Shown here piece by piece: positions 12,485 to 28,079 of a DNA stretch of 64,000 nt. Location of the stretch: positions 12,090,001-12,154,000 of the forward strand of contig CP075492.1 in assembly GCA_021613535.1 (NCBI GenBank), read 5' to 3'. This DNA is from Adineta vaga. Taxonomy: Eukaryota > Animalia > Rotifera. Within the stretch, counting starts at the first letter, position 1. Each line of letters begins with the position of its first letter. The position numbers and the translations under genes were made by a program. Below the pieces are notes generated by a model. The model searched no databases. It saw nothing but the letters and a program-made list of their open reading frames with translations, and had not been told where the DNA came from.

Positions 12485-14893
12485 ATGCAGAAATCGAATG
12501 ACGATTGCTTCTATTTCCTCACATCATCTTGTACAAAGGTATTGACAAAGTTTTTCTACGATTAGAAATTTATTAAAATAAATCTTTCGTAGGGTCCCAC
12601 ATGTACGTATCGACACAATCCATCAGTTTTAACTTGTAATGTAATGTGTCCAGCTTGGCTACGTGGAAATTGTATTAATCCTTCATGTACATTACGTCAT
12701 AGTGCTATTCAGGTAGATATTCAAACCTAAAATATACATCTAATAATAGTATCGTCATCTCTAGTGTCCAACAAGCAGTAATGGAATATCATGCTTTTAT
12801 GAGAATTCATCAATGGGCTGTTTGAAACCTGATTGTATATATGTTCATTTACGTCCACGTCCACATTTACGAAATTCATCAACTGTGCGATGTAAGTTGA
12901 ATCTTTTTGGGTACTCTTAAAGTATATTTTATTATTTTTTCTGTAGCTTCAGCAACTAATTTAATTAACAAAGATGCAATTAAAACACCAATTCTTACAA
13001 ATTCTGCATCAATCGAACCAGTACCGTGTATACCAGTTAGTCTACCTTCTGTAGAAACACCAACAATTCCTGAAATACCTCCATTAGTAGCAGTGAAAAG
13101 CAAAACTCCTCCACGTCGTATAGCAATTTCAGCAGAAGATGAACAGAAAGAAGTTATAGCGAAGAATATTGTATTACAATCTTCAGAGGAAACGAAAATT
13201 GCACTACCAGTAACTGGAAATCGAAATGTTGTTATTGGTGAAGCAGCAACTGTTTCCAGTCGAACAGTAGTACATCGAGTTGTTGTTTCAGCTGATACAA
13301 CGAAATCACCAAAAAAAGTAGCAAATCACACTGATAGTGATAGTGATTTAGATGATTTAGTTGAACAAGAAGATGATACTAAAAATGGTATGAATTTATC
13401 AAAAGATCATTTCATTATATTACGATTTTTCTCCTTTAGTTAAACCTATTATTGATATTCCATTTCCATGTTCTGCTCCGTCAATAACTAATCGTCTACT
13501 TAAATCCTCAAAACCAATTACTCCAACAAATAGTACCAAACCAATTCGATTAAATCGTGATCATTTGCCCGCAGCGAAAATAGCCATTTCAAATTCAACT
13601 AGTTCTATTCATACACCATCCAATGGAGAAAAAGTAATAAGAATAAAATTGTTTTTCTCATATTAGAACTGAAATAAATTTATTGTTATTTTAGACATCT
13701 GCGGGTACGTTTATTGGCATAACATATTTTCCATTTCTTGTCAATCAATTATATACAACAGCATTCATACAAACTCTTTATGCTTTATCTCTTTCTTTTG
13801 TCTCGTGTTCTTTTCCAAAAATGAGTTGAGTGAGATTAGGATACGAATCGAAAAAATAACAACAACAACGTTTTCTTTTTGTTAATGTTCATTTTTTCAT
13901 CTCAGTGAGGATAGGTTCGTTCGAATGATCTATTATTGTATATCATCATCTTCATCTTAGCCGTTACTTTTTTTTCTTGTTTTTCTTTGAAAGTTTTCAT
14001 GTAATCGTACATTCGAATTATTCTAGGAACAGGATTATCACAAGATGATGAACGACGAACAAGTCGAATTGAGTAAATATGAATGATTTGAATGATTAGT
14101 ATGTCTAATTTTTGTTTTCTATAGACGTTTTAAGAAGCAACCAACATCACCGCCTCGATCTGTGGTGAATTCAACACGTAGTGTTATAAATTGTAAACGA
14201 TCAGCACCAGAACAATCAATTGAAGAATCTCCGCCAACAAAGCGTCTTTCTTCTCAACAAGATCCAAATTATTCTCATCACCAAACCTCGACGATCGGTG
14301 ATTTATGTTCACCACCACCACCACCACCATCAAATTCTCGTCGATCACATGAACGTCATCGTCGTCGACGACGTTCATCTTCTTCATCACGATCTCGATC
14401 GAGATCTCGATCTCCGCCAAGAAAATCACCACCATCGCGTTCAACATATCCATCAACATCGTCAATGAATGAAACCGCTTGGAAAAAACAAGTTGATGAA
14501 TTTCTTGCAAGAACTACGCAACCAAAAGCAACATTTTCAACAAGACCAATTCAACGTCAACCGGTGCCATTATTATCTTTACGTCCGCGATATGTACCAC
14601 CACCTCTATTGTCACTACCACATGTTATGCCTCGTCCTCCGATTTCAAATCCACGACCACGTCAATCAAGGCCAACTACTACTCCCAGACGACGACCATC
14701 AGCGCCAGTAATTGCTTCACCGTCAAATCCCGTTGAACAAACTCCGACTAAAAGCAATTCAACACCAATAGTGCCGAGTAAAGATGATGAAGATCTCTTA
14801 CTTGAATCGGATGAACCTTCCGATGTTGTTGATACATTTGCTTTAATCGATGAAGCACTACTCGGCGTTGATGAATTTCTCGAACTGATGTGA
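12485..14893 (+). CDS. ZC3H11A: ZC3H11A-like triple CCCH zinc-finger protein with RS/Pro-rich tail
   Basis: N-terminus DDCFYFLTSSCTKGPTCTYRH...CPAWLRGNCINPSCTLRH...CFYENSSMGCLKPDCIYVH matches the ZC3H11A/C12orf50 finger array. A 10-nt exon (13695-13704) is needed to keep frame. Confidence 0.78.
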
Positions 14894-15085
14894 ACTAGTC
14901 TTTGTAAAAAAAAAACTTCATAGAACATTGAACTCTTCTAATTTTCATATATATAAATATATATATGTGTTTATGTCTCATGTTATTTATATATTTTTTT
15001 TCTATGATGATTATGTGTTTAGAAAAAAACTAAATATAAACTAATTGAATTTGTGTTACTACATGCATCTCTATATGTATTGTAG

Positions 15086-18373
<3,288 letters not shown>

Positions 18374-19841
18374 GAAGAAAAAAAAACGAACAGTGTATCT
18401 ATTTAGGTTGTTTACTTCAATCCGTTACCTTCTTTTTCTTTTTTGCTACCGATTTCTTTTCTTTTCACTATTGTATTTAGGCAATATATACATATATATA
18501 TCAAACGAGATTGAATCAGAATTTTGTTCCTTTTCATCTTCTAGTTGTCCTTCATCTTCGAATAATCTCAAGAGGATAAAAAATCATTCTATTATATACA
18601 TGAGAAAAGAGGCCAAATTATACATCTACAACAATAACTGATATCGTATTCTATAAATGGAGAGAAAAAAAATAAATCCTTTTCATTTTGTCGAATGAAA
18701 TTATGTAAATTTCAAATCATGCTGATATAGTTGTTTTTTGTTATTCTTATTCTATTTTCTATTTATACTGGCCTCGAATATACGTTAGAGGGTAAATCAA
18801 TAATTTGTTATTGATGATGAAAATGTAACAACAGGTGTCATATTGGCTTTAAGTTACAAAGTGCGAATAATCATCTTAGAGAGATTGAAGGAGAAAAAGA
18901 GTTGTCCTTGAATTCAATCGAGGAAGAAGAAATCGACGGAGAAAATTCAATAATAATTCAGATGGGTTCTACCAGAAGAAAAATAAATAACGATTTCTCT
19001 TCAAATATCAGAAGAAGCAGAGCAAAAAAAAAGGTTATTTCATTGAAGAATTATATGTACATAGAGATGTATTTATATTACATCATAGATATATGCAACT
19101 GGAAGGTAAGAGTTAATGGATATTCTTCTGGGTGTCTGTCATGATAATCAAGATAATAAGACTCGTTGATTACAATGATTGAACGTTAACATTCATTTCT
19201 ATTAGATCATTATTGTATTGAAATGAATCGACATGGATATTATTCATCTGAATGGCATTAATGATAATAATCTCCATCAGAATTCCTTTTTCTTTCTTTG
19301 TTTGCCTAATTCATACAATTTCTAATTCGAGAGAATGGTATTCGAAGAATTTCAATTAAAAAATCACCTGAAAAATGGATAGACACTTTTGTGTGTGCGC
19401 GTAGGTTGTGTTATTATCTTTGTGAGAAATGATTCAATCCACTTTTTGTTTCTACTGAGATAAAGCTGAAAGACAAAGGTCATGCTCGAAAGATGACGTC
19501 ATTTTTAGAATATCTAGTAGATTCAATGATGAGATTTTGTTTTTATTTGTTGACACATTCGAAAGGAATGTTACGAATAAAAGAAAAGAAAGAGAAAGGA
19601 AGAAACCTAGCTTTTCGATTATCAAGAAATGAGAAGGCGGATCGTAAGAGAGAAATAAAAGAACGAGAAGAACTTTTCCTCTCTCTCTCTGTTTCTTTGT
19701 CTTATACGTACCCTATATATATATATATTAACAGTATGCATATTCATTTACTCAATATAAGATTCGAGTTCTATTGTAATAAACCTTATTGACTTTTTGC
19801 TTTAGATTATTGTCATTTAATATTTAGGAATAAATATATCA

Positions 19842-21754
19842 ATGTCTTCGTCAAATACTTCTAGTCGTCCAGCTGGAGTATGTATTTGAATTTGTTCGAA
19901 TAACACTTCTATTTGTTCTTCTCTCTCTGTCTCTTTCAGTGTATCACAATTCCTATAGAGATCATTTCTAGACCAGATCCAAATGCTTATACATATTCAA
20001 GACCAACTTCCTCTTCTCGTCCATATGCTAATGAGAGATTGTTCAATGATTATTCTCATTCACCACCATGGAAAAAACCAACGACAACTTCGTTTTCAAC
20101 AAATCGTTTTCGACCACGTCATAGTCCAATCGCTAGTTATGATCGTTTAATTCAAAATTCTCATTTTAATCAACCACTTCATGAACGTCCACTGTATCAA
20201 GACACACCCTATCATTCTTTTCATTCACCCATGTATGATTCGAAACCTTTACATCCTAGTCGATCAACTGATGATCTTCTATCATCACCAATGGATACGA
20301 TGCGTTCTAAGAGACAATCAAGAAATTCAACATTTTTTCCTTCTTTCCCTAACAATGGATTTCGATCTGATTCAGATTTTGTTGATTTCGACAATTATAT
20401 GGATGCTCTTCATCGATCACATGATGCTCTTCATGATTTTCCAGATGGTCATCAAAATTTTCCAATAAATCGGCCATGTCCATTCGAGCAACAACAATCA
20501 GATTATCGATCAAGCTTCGTTAATTCAAACGAAGATCGTGTGCCGAATGACTATAAACAAACGCATTTTAATCAAAAATTCAACGATAATAATAGTAAGT
20601 CTATTTTCATTTTAACGTGCTTCACATATTTCAATTTTCGATGCACTGAATTATCGACTAACTTACAAGAGAAAGAGAAAAGAAACAACATTCTTTAGTT
20701 TTAATAGAGATCTTTTTCTTTTTCGTGGAAAGACTAGACAAACATTATTGTTATATTATAATCATCTCGACGTCAGTCATCACGGTCAGATAGAAGACAT
20801 CGTTAATAAACATAGAAGGTCAGAACTACTACTACACTTTGTGTATGTTCTGAGATAGATGGATGTGTGTGTCTTTACGAGAGGAAAGAGAAATAACAGA
20901 ACGAGAAAAGGCGAAGAACGACAAGAGAAGAAAAAAAAACCGACTAATGAAAGAACATTCTGTATAGTATAACAGTGCTCCATCTTCGAGGCAAAAACTC
21001 ACAAAATATGACTGTTTAATAGAGATAAATGTTTACAAAAAATAATCATCATTTAAAAAAAATGGGTTTATCAAATAGTACTTCGAGAAAAAGAAAAGGT
21101 TGGATTTATTTTAAAGGAAACATAACTACTCAGCTTATTTTCGTCATATTTATTTTTGTTTTCTTTTTCTTTCTAGCACATGATCGCTCTCACTCACCAG
21201 TTTCTCAGCGTGATGAATCACCAGTTCGTCCACCACCGCCAGCGTCTCAACAACAACAACAACAACAACAACAATCACCAGAACACGAGTCTGATTTTAA
21301 AGTAACAAAGAATGCAACTAATTCAATGCCAAAATCAAGTACAACTGCGACATCTTCACAATCAAATGATCAACAAGTTCCGTCAGCAGAAACACCACCT
21401 ATTCGTGATCCAAATGTAATTGCTTTAGAAAAACTTGAACAAATTAAACAAAGTTTAGTTGATTTAAACCAACAAGTTGATGGATTTGCTGGTTCAACAC
21501 GTGATGATCGTCTATATAAATTATTAGATGAACAAGCATTGAAAATGATGATACGTTGCGATGAATTAATCGATGTTAGTGCTGACGTTAAAGAAAAACG
21601 TAAAGAAATGGTACGCAATGTACAATCAGTTCTTGCTAAACTTGAATCGAAAGTTCCCATCAATCCATCAGCTCAAATGGAAACCAATCTAGCCGTTTAT
21701 GATCCATCAGGAACGAATTCAATTGAATCACATGAAGAAAACACTTCCACATAA
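19842..21754 (+). CDS. BAG-domain Hsp70 co-chaperone (BAG3/starvin-like), three coding exons
   Basis: C-terminal BAG domain (LEKLEQIKQSLVDLNQQVDGFAGSTRDDRLYKLLDEQALKMMIRCD...VKEKRKEMVRNVQSVLAKLE), N-terminal IPI motif (ITIPIE), long S/P-rich linker; no WW domain seen. Confidence 0.8.
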
Positions 21755-22565
21755 ATTCTTGTTTATTATTGTTCTTGTTGTTTTTAAAAACCTTTCTTTC
21801 TCTCTCTCTCACACTCTCTTATTATATATATATTGTATTTTCAATTTGCTCTCGTGTTTTTTTCTTCTGTTCAATAGAACTAATGAAAACCGTAAAATAA
21901 AATAAATTGACATCATCATTTCTATCATTTCTCTCCAAACAGATAAATAGCATAGCTTACAATGCCAATCAAACATTACTGAATGAATAATTCATCTTTC
22001 TTGTAATTACAAAACTTCAACTATTGTTCATTCAATCCCTTCCTTTTTTCTTTACAAGAAAATACGATGTCATTTAATAGTTGAAATGATTTGATCCAGT
22101 TTGACATAAAATATTGAAAATTGAATTAATGACACAGAATGTTCAAATAGTATATAAATAAATCTATTCTGATTTTTGATAAATAAAACAGAAAAAGCGA
22201 ATGATCATTTAGTTTTCAGAAAGATTCCTTCAAACAGATGTTCAACAATTTCGAGAGCCCATCGGCGCTTTCTTATTCCTTGTCTTCTCTGTAAATATAA
22301 CTGGTTTTTCTCTTTTTTTTATTACATCAAGACATCAAAAACGCTTCATAACTCGATCTGCTCCATGTTCCTTTTTCTATCGTTTTTTTCCGACTTTCGA
22401 TGAGATTCTATCAAAAGAGATTTTTTCCTTTTTTGTCGCTCATTTTCTCGGCATCATCAGCATTTGCTTCTTTTTTTGTCACACGATCATGATATAGTAC
22501 TAGAAATCGAGAACGAAGACATAACGACAAGAAGGAAAACTGAGTGTCGAGAACTAAATTAACTT

Positions 22566-22586
22566 TTCTGTCTCTGTCTCTGTCTC

Positions 22587-22617
<31 letters not shown>
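22566..22617. repeat. (TCTCTG)n/(TC)n microsatellite
   Basis: Visible simple repeat upstream of the nicotinic receptor gene. Confidence 0.9.
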
Positions 22618-22623
<6 letters not shown>

Positions 22624-22771
22624 CTAACTTGGATCGTTTAGATATTTCTCTATGGACTTCAAGAAGATTTTCCTTTTTATCTCTAACTGAATACTGGAAA
22701 AGTATGAGAATCATAAGCAAGACTATGACTACTGGCGTTATCCAAGAATAGCCTCGATTCAATTGAAAACA

Positions 22772-24857
22772 ATGAATTGGACTATTTTCTTACAATTATT
22801 CTCAACGTTTACTTATTATGTATCTTATTCATCAGCTCATTCAGCATCAAGTTCGTCGGCATTGGCGACTAGTTCATTGAAATTTAAAAATCCAAGATTA
22901 GATAAAGATAAACTTCATATTGGTCGTAAAAATAAATATGCAGATGATGATGATGATCATGAGAACAGTAAGTTAAATTATTATCAATTCTTTCTCTTTA
23001 TTCAAAATCAGACCTTGAAGTGCATTTCGATGGAAAATGAACTAATTTGATTTTTGTCAATATCATCGATGAACTCGAACGTATTCTAAATAGTGATCTT
23101 ATTCATAGTCTGAGTAGTTTACACGATTATTATATCGCATAATTCAACTAATCTATTGTTCAATCATATATAAAAAAAAAGAAAAAAGTTATTTTTATTT
23201 AATCATTTAGGAACACGAGATCAATCAGATGAAGCTCGTTTACGTTTACTTTTACTTGATGGTTACGTTCCTCAGGCTCGACCAGTAGTAAATACAACGA
23301 ATGCAACTATTGTTGATGTTGGTTTAACAATTATTCAAGTAATGGATTTAGTAAGTTGTAGATTTATCTTTCAATTGATGTCATCTATGATTTCTGTCTT
23401 GTATTGATAAATTAGGATGAACAAAATCAAATAATGACAACTAATGTTCAAGTTACATTAAGATGGAATGATGAACATTTAAAATGGAATCCGAACGATT
23501 ATAATAATCATACTCGAACAGTTTTTTCTATTCGTGAAATTTGGACACCAGATATTGTTTTATTCAATTCTGCGGATGTTGCTTATTCTCAACATCGTGA
23601 ACATTATCTTTTAACTGCTCATTATAATGGCACAGTTGAATGGGTATTTCCTGATGTATTTCGATCTTATTGTGATGTTGTTATTACTTATTTTCCTTTT
23701 GGTAAATAATTGATCGATTGATTTTGATAATCTAACTTCGATTTTCTTTGATTAGATAAACAAAATTGTACACTTGAGATTCAGTCTTGGTCACGTCCAG
23801 CTGATGAATTACTTGTTCGACATCAACCTCAAAATGTACGTCAACAAAGTCAATATATTCGTACAGAATGGCAAGTTTTGGAAGTATCCGTTAAAACAGC
23901 ATCAATGAAACGATATCTTTGGCTTGTATTTCATATTAATATGAAACGAAATCATCAATTCTATGTTAATCATATGATCTTTCCATTTTCAACCTTATCA
24001 TTTTTAACTTTATTCGTTTTTTGGCTTCCACCTGATTCAGGAGAAAAGATCACATTAACTATTACTATTTTACTAGCATTAACAGTTTTCTTACAATTAA
24101 TTTCTGATTATACACCAAAAGCTTCATCAAATCTTCCGATCATTGGTAAATACAATCACTTTCTTATTCATACATGTCTGTTCTTTTTATTCTTCTAGGT
24201 ATTTATTTTAATGTCAACCTTATTTTGGTACTAATATCTGTTGTACTTACTGTTGCTGTTCTTAATTTTCATTATCGTGGACCGAAAAAATCTCGTGTAC
24301 CTCGATGGTGTCGTCGTCTAGTAATCTATAAAATTGGTCGTTGGCTTGGTTTTCATTTCATAAGTCGTGAACAATTATTTTCACCAACTATTCCTCGAAA
24401 GAAAACGTCTTCACGACGAGAAAATACGAATGGTGATATAAATCGAACTCGAAAAGAAACGAAAATCAAATTAACTGTTCTGAAAACAGCATCAACAACA
24501 ATAGCCGACGATGACAATGATGATTTAACATGTGCTAATCTTCAACAACATTCTCTTACACATAATATCGAACAAATTTTATTTAAAATGCAAACACAAT
24601 TTGATCCAAGTAAAATTGACGATGAAAATTTGAAAATTTCCATTCTACGTGAAATTCTCGAATGTCAACGATTACTTTTAACAATTCATGCGAAAAAACA
24701 AAACGTTCAAAATGAAGCTCTGTATGATATTTATGAAGAATGGAAGATTTTAGCTATTATTGTTGATCGAATTTGTTTTATATTTTATCTTGTCAGTATG
24801 CTTGCTGCATCGGTTATTTTTTTCGCACGTGAACCCATCCTAAAACGAAATAAATAA
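22772..24857 (+). CDS. Cys-loop ligand-gated ion channel, nicotinic acetylcholine receptor family, non-alpha type
   Basis: Signal peptide; DEARL...RPV, W.D..L.W.P, IWTPDIVLFNSAD, Cys-loop CDVVITYFPFDKQNC, M1-M2 LPPDSGEKITL (cation-type), M4 EWKILAIIVDR. No vicinal Cys in loop C. Confidence 0.92.
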
Positions 24858-27756
24858 GTTTTTCTTTTATAAAAAACAACAACTTCTTTCCTGTCTCTTT
24901 TTTTGACAGCGAGCTTATCACATACAAATAAATAATTGTCCTGTCATTTTGATAAATAATTGAATATTTACGACATGTTTTTTTCTCGTTCTTATAGTCT
25001 TAATAATATTTGACATGATGTTATAAGCTAAAATATGTTATACTTCAACGATTCAATTTCAAAAGTCAAATCTTGAATAATCCATGATAGGACAATGTAA
25101 TCGTTGGTGATACACATGAAGATAGTGAACATACCAAGTGAATCATTATAGTTGTCAGAAATAGTTCAATCTTATTGTTGTAGCCATACACATAGTGATA
25201 ATAGAATCTCGCATCAATACGATTTTTTAATAAATTATATTACTAGAGCGTTTATTCGAAAGAAAATGAATCGTATTTTTTCAGTTTATATAGTGTTTAG
25301 ATTCGTGGATGACAATGTGTTTCTGTTAGAAACGATGTTTACCTACTTCTAGATTCGTACTGTAATTTAACTTATCAAAGATTGAGCCTTTCGGCAATAA
25401 TACTTGGTACTTTCACATAGATTGCTATTTGAACTACTCGACAATGAAGCTTCCGATCAAAGCATTTTCAAAGATAAAAAGCAGAGAAAATTAATATTTT
25501 TATAAAATTTATTACAAAATAATGAACCAACACGATTGTTTCTGAAATCGAATGTATACTGATCGCTCACGGCTAAAAACAATTTGCGTTTTTACTATTC
25601 CCTACATGATTATCAGTTGTTTTAACACCTGACAAGTTCTTTATATCTTCATTGACGAATATGATCACTTGCACTTTCATCTATTGTGGATGTAAACGTG
25701 ATCACACTTGTTTGTAACCGAATAAACAACGGTGATGTCATTATAATGAGATTGAAGATTTTTTAGAAAAAAAAAATCGAAAAATGCAGTGTCTGAATCA
25801 GTTTCTTCAATTGAAAATATTCATCTTATATAACCGGTACTGTTATTAGTAAAAAAAAGTTTTTTTTATCATGCGTTACTAATGAAACTACTTTTGAAAG
25901 ACCGTTATATAAAATGTAGAAAATGAATAAACTATGTGAAGAGTTTCTCCTATTCCAAATAAGTTTGACTTCATCTTGTTCTATTTTTACTAACATTAAA
26001 AATTGAAAGATAAAGTTTTTATTATAGATGTTTGTCGAAAACTATTCTATTAAAAATTTATAAATATCGTTACTGAACTATTTCTATTCATGCATTAGAA
26101 ACAAAGAAATTAGTTTCAATATATTCAATGAAGGAGAAATAAAAAGATGCTTGAAAAAAGTATGATTTTCTGTTTAAAAATAAATGCGTTTCACTGTCTT
26201 TGATGTACTTGACAAGTGCTTCTGCATGTTATTACTGAACATGTTTTATATCAACCGACACCATTCGCTTCGTCGATAATCAAATCAGTAAGTAATCATA
26301 TAATATGTTATCTTTCTACAATCTATTTTCAATAATGCAGAAAAGCCTCGATTTATTATCATCTAGATACATTGGTTTATTTGTTTAAATTGTCGGGAGT
26401 TACCTGAAAACTTTTAACTAGATCCTTCGAGACAGACGTATATGCATTTTTTCATTGCCAGTTTCAAGTGTTTTCATCAATGCATAGAATTCCAACATAC
26501 ATGATGAAAACTATTCTTATCTTAAGCCACTAGAAACTTGAATGAATAGTATAGAAATGCTATATATAATGTTGTAAAGAATGACAAATTGATGTAACTT
26601 AACATATTTGTTGATACTAATTATTTACAACTTTCTGAACTATACATCAATCAATTCATTGTGAGATAAACATTGCAGGCAGACCGAGAGAAAAGTTTCT
26701 TATCTCTTCGAGGAAAAAGAAGTTAAATTTTTAATCTAATAGAATGGATAAATTTTCTTCATCAAATTAATGTAGTCATTTTAACAGTAATAGATGGTTG
26801 GTGCTATGAACCTTTGTTGCTTTTTCGGTATTATGTCTATAGGAATGAATCACATTACTTGCATCCGAAAGGACAAGTACCCTTTAGTCTGTGCGCTCAT
26901 TGAGAATGACTGCATCAGTATTCATAGCTAAAGAGAAGAAAACGATCGCAGTAAGTATATAAATTGCGATTGTTGTCGAAATAACGGAAACATTAATAGA
27001 CTTTTCAAATAGAAAGTCAATAATTAGAATAATAACACGAAAAGAAAGATATATAGCAAAATTGACATGATTCTACAATTGCTTGTCATATAAATGATGA
27101 AAATATCTCAAAGCAAACTAATTGAACTTGACAAGTGGAAATAAGTTTGAAATCTAAATATGAATCATCAATGACAACAAGCAATTGAAACTTTCTAGAT
27201 TGACAAGATGCCTGAAGGAAGATTTTAATCTTATTTATAAAGTAATGAATTCAAATATTGACGTCATTCTATGTTAATTACCCGCAGCGTCCTCTTTTAA
27301 AATAGAAAGAAAAAGGTTAATTCTTTCTTCTACAGATTATCTTCATATATCATTGGCATGCGTTCTTTCTATTTTAGTTATGTAGAAAATTAGAGAAAGT
27401 CAAATGACTTGTCACTGAAGATTCTCTCAATTCATATTTTAGAAAAAAAAGAAGAGAATACAATTAACACCACTGACAAATGCACATTGAACTAAGAAGA
27501 AAAAGAGAGAAGACAACAACAACAACAATCAAAAGACAGAAAAGAATAGAGAAGAATAGTGATGACTTTTTTACAGAACATCTGTAAAGAATGTAAGCAA
27601 AGTTAATATCGTTGTCATTCACTGTGCAGGAAATACATACGATCGAATCGATAAGAAAAAATTTAAATTAATCATTCGAAACGAAATCGCAGTTTTTTTT
27701 AAAATAAATGAGAAAGTCTGTTTTTATTTATTTCTTGAAATAATTGAATATTTGGA

Positions 27757-28079
27757 TTAAATAACTGTACATTTGCTTTTTTCAGCCCATGGATTATTTT
27801 TCTTGTCTGGTGGATGAATTAATGGATCACCTTGTTCATTTTCTTGAATATATCGTTTCAATCTAAATAAAATAAGATACAAATTAATCGTATTTTTATT
27901 TGAAGAAAAAAAATTCAATCGATATAAGGTGAGAAAAAGATAAGAAACATGCATTTGATTGTTTCATATAAAGAAAAAGAAGTAACTTACTCTTGAAGTG
28001 TTTTCGATAGTGGCACTTTTTCTACACGTAATTGATATCGTAAAGAATCGATTTGTTTCTGTAGTGAACCTTTATCCAT
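27757..28079 (-). CDS. Heterotrimeric G-protein gamma subunit (GNG13/G-gamma-e-like), two coding exons
   Basis: Spliced [64 protein letters not shown], with DPL, NPW and a CAAX box. Confidence 0.92.

Noticed and set aside
14184-14928. Overlapping and antisense ORFs in the ZC3H11A-like last exon (and similar shadow ORFs elsewhere)
   Set aside because: By-products of low-complexity codon usage in real exons; no independent homology.
18900-19800. Heat-shock elements upstream of the BAG gene
   Set aside because: Only imperfect or two-unit nGAAn arrays found; not distinguishable from background.
25000-26700. Short ORFs and possible gene remnants in the intergenic region
   Set aside because: No consistent splice-phase model or recognisable motif.
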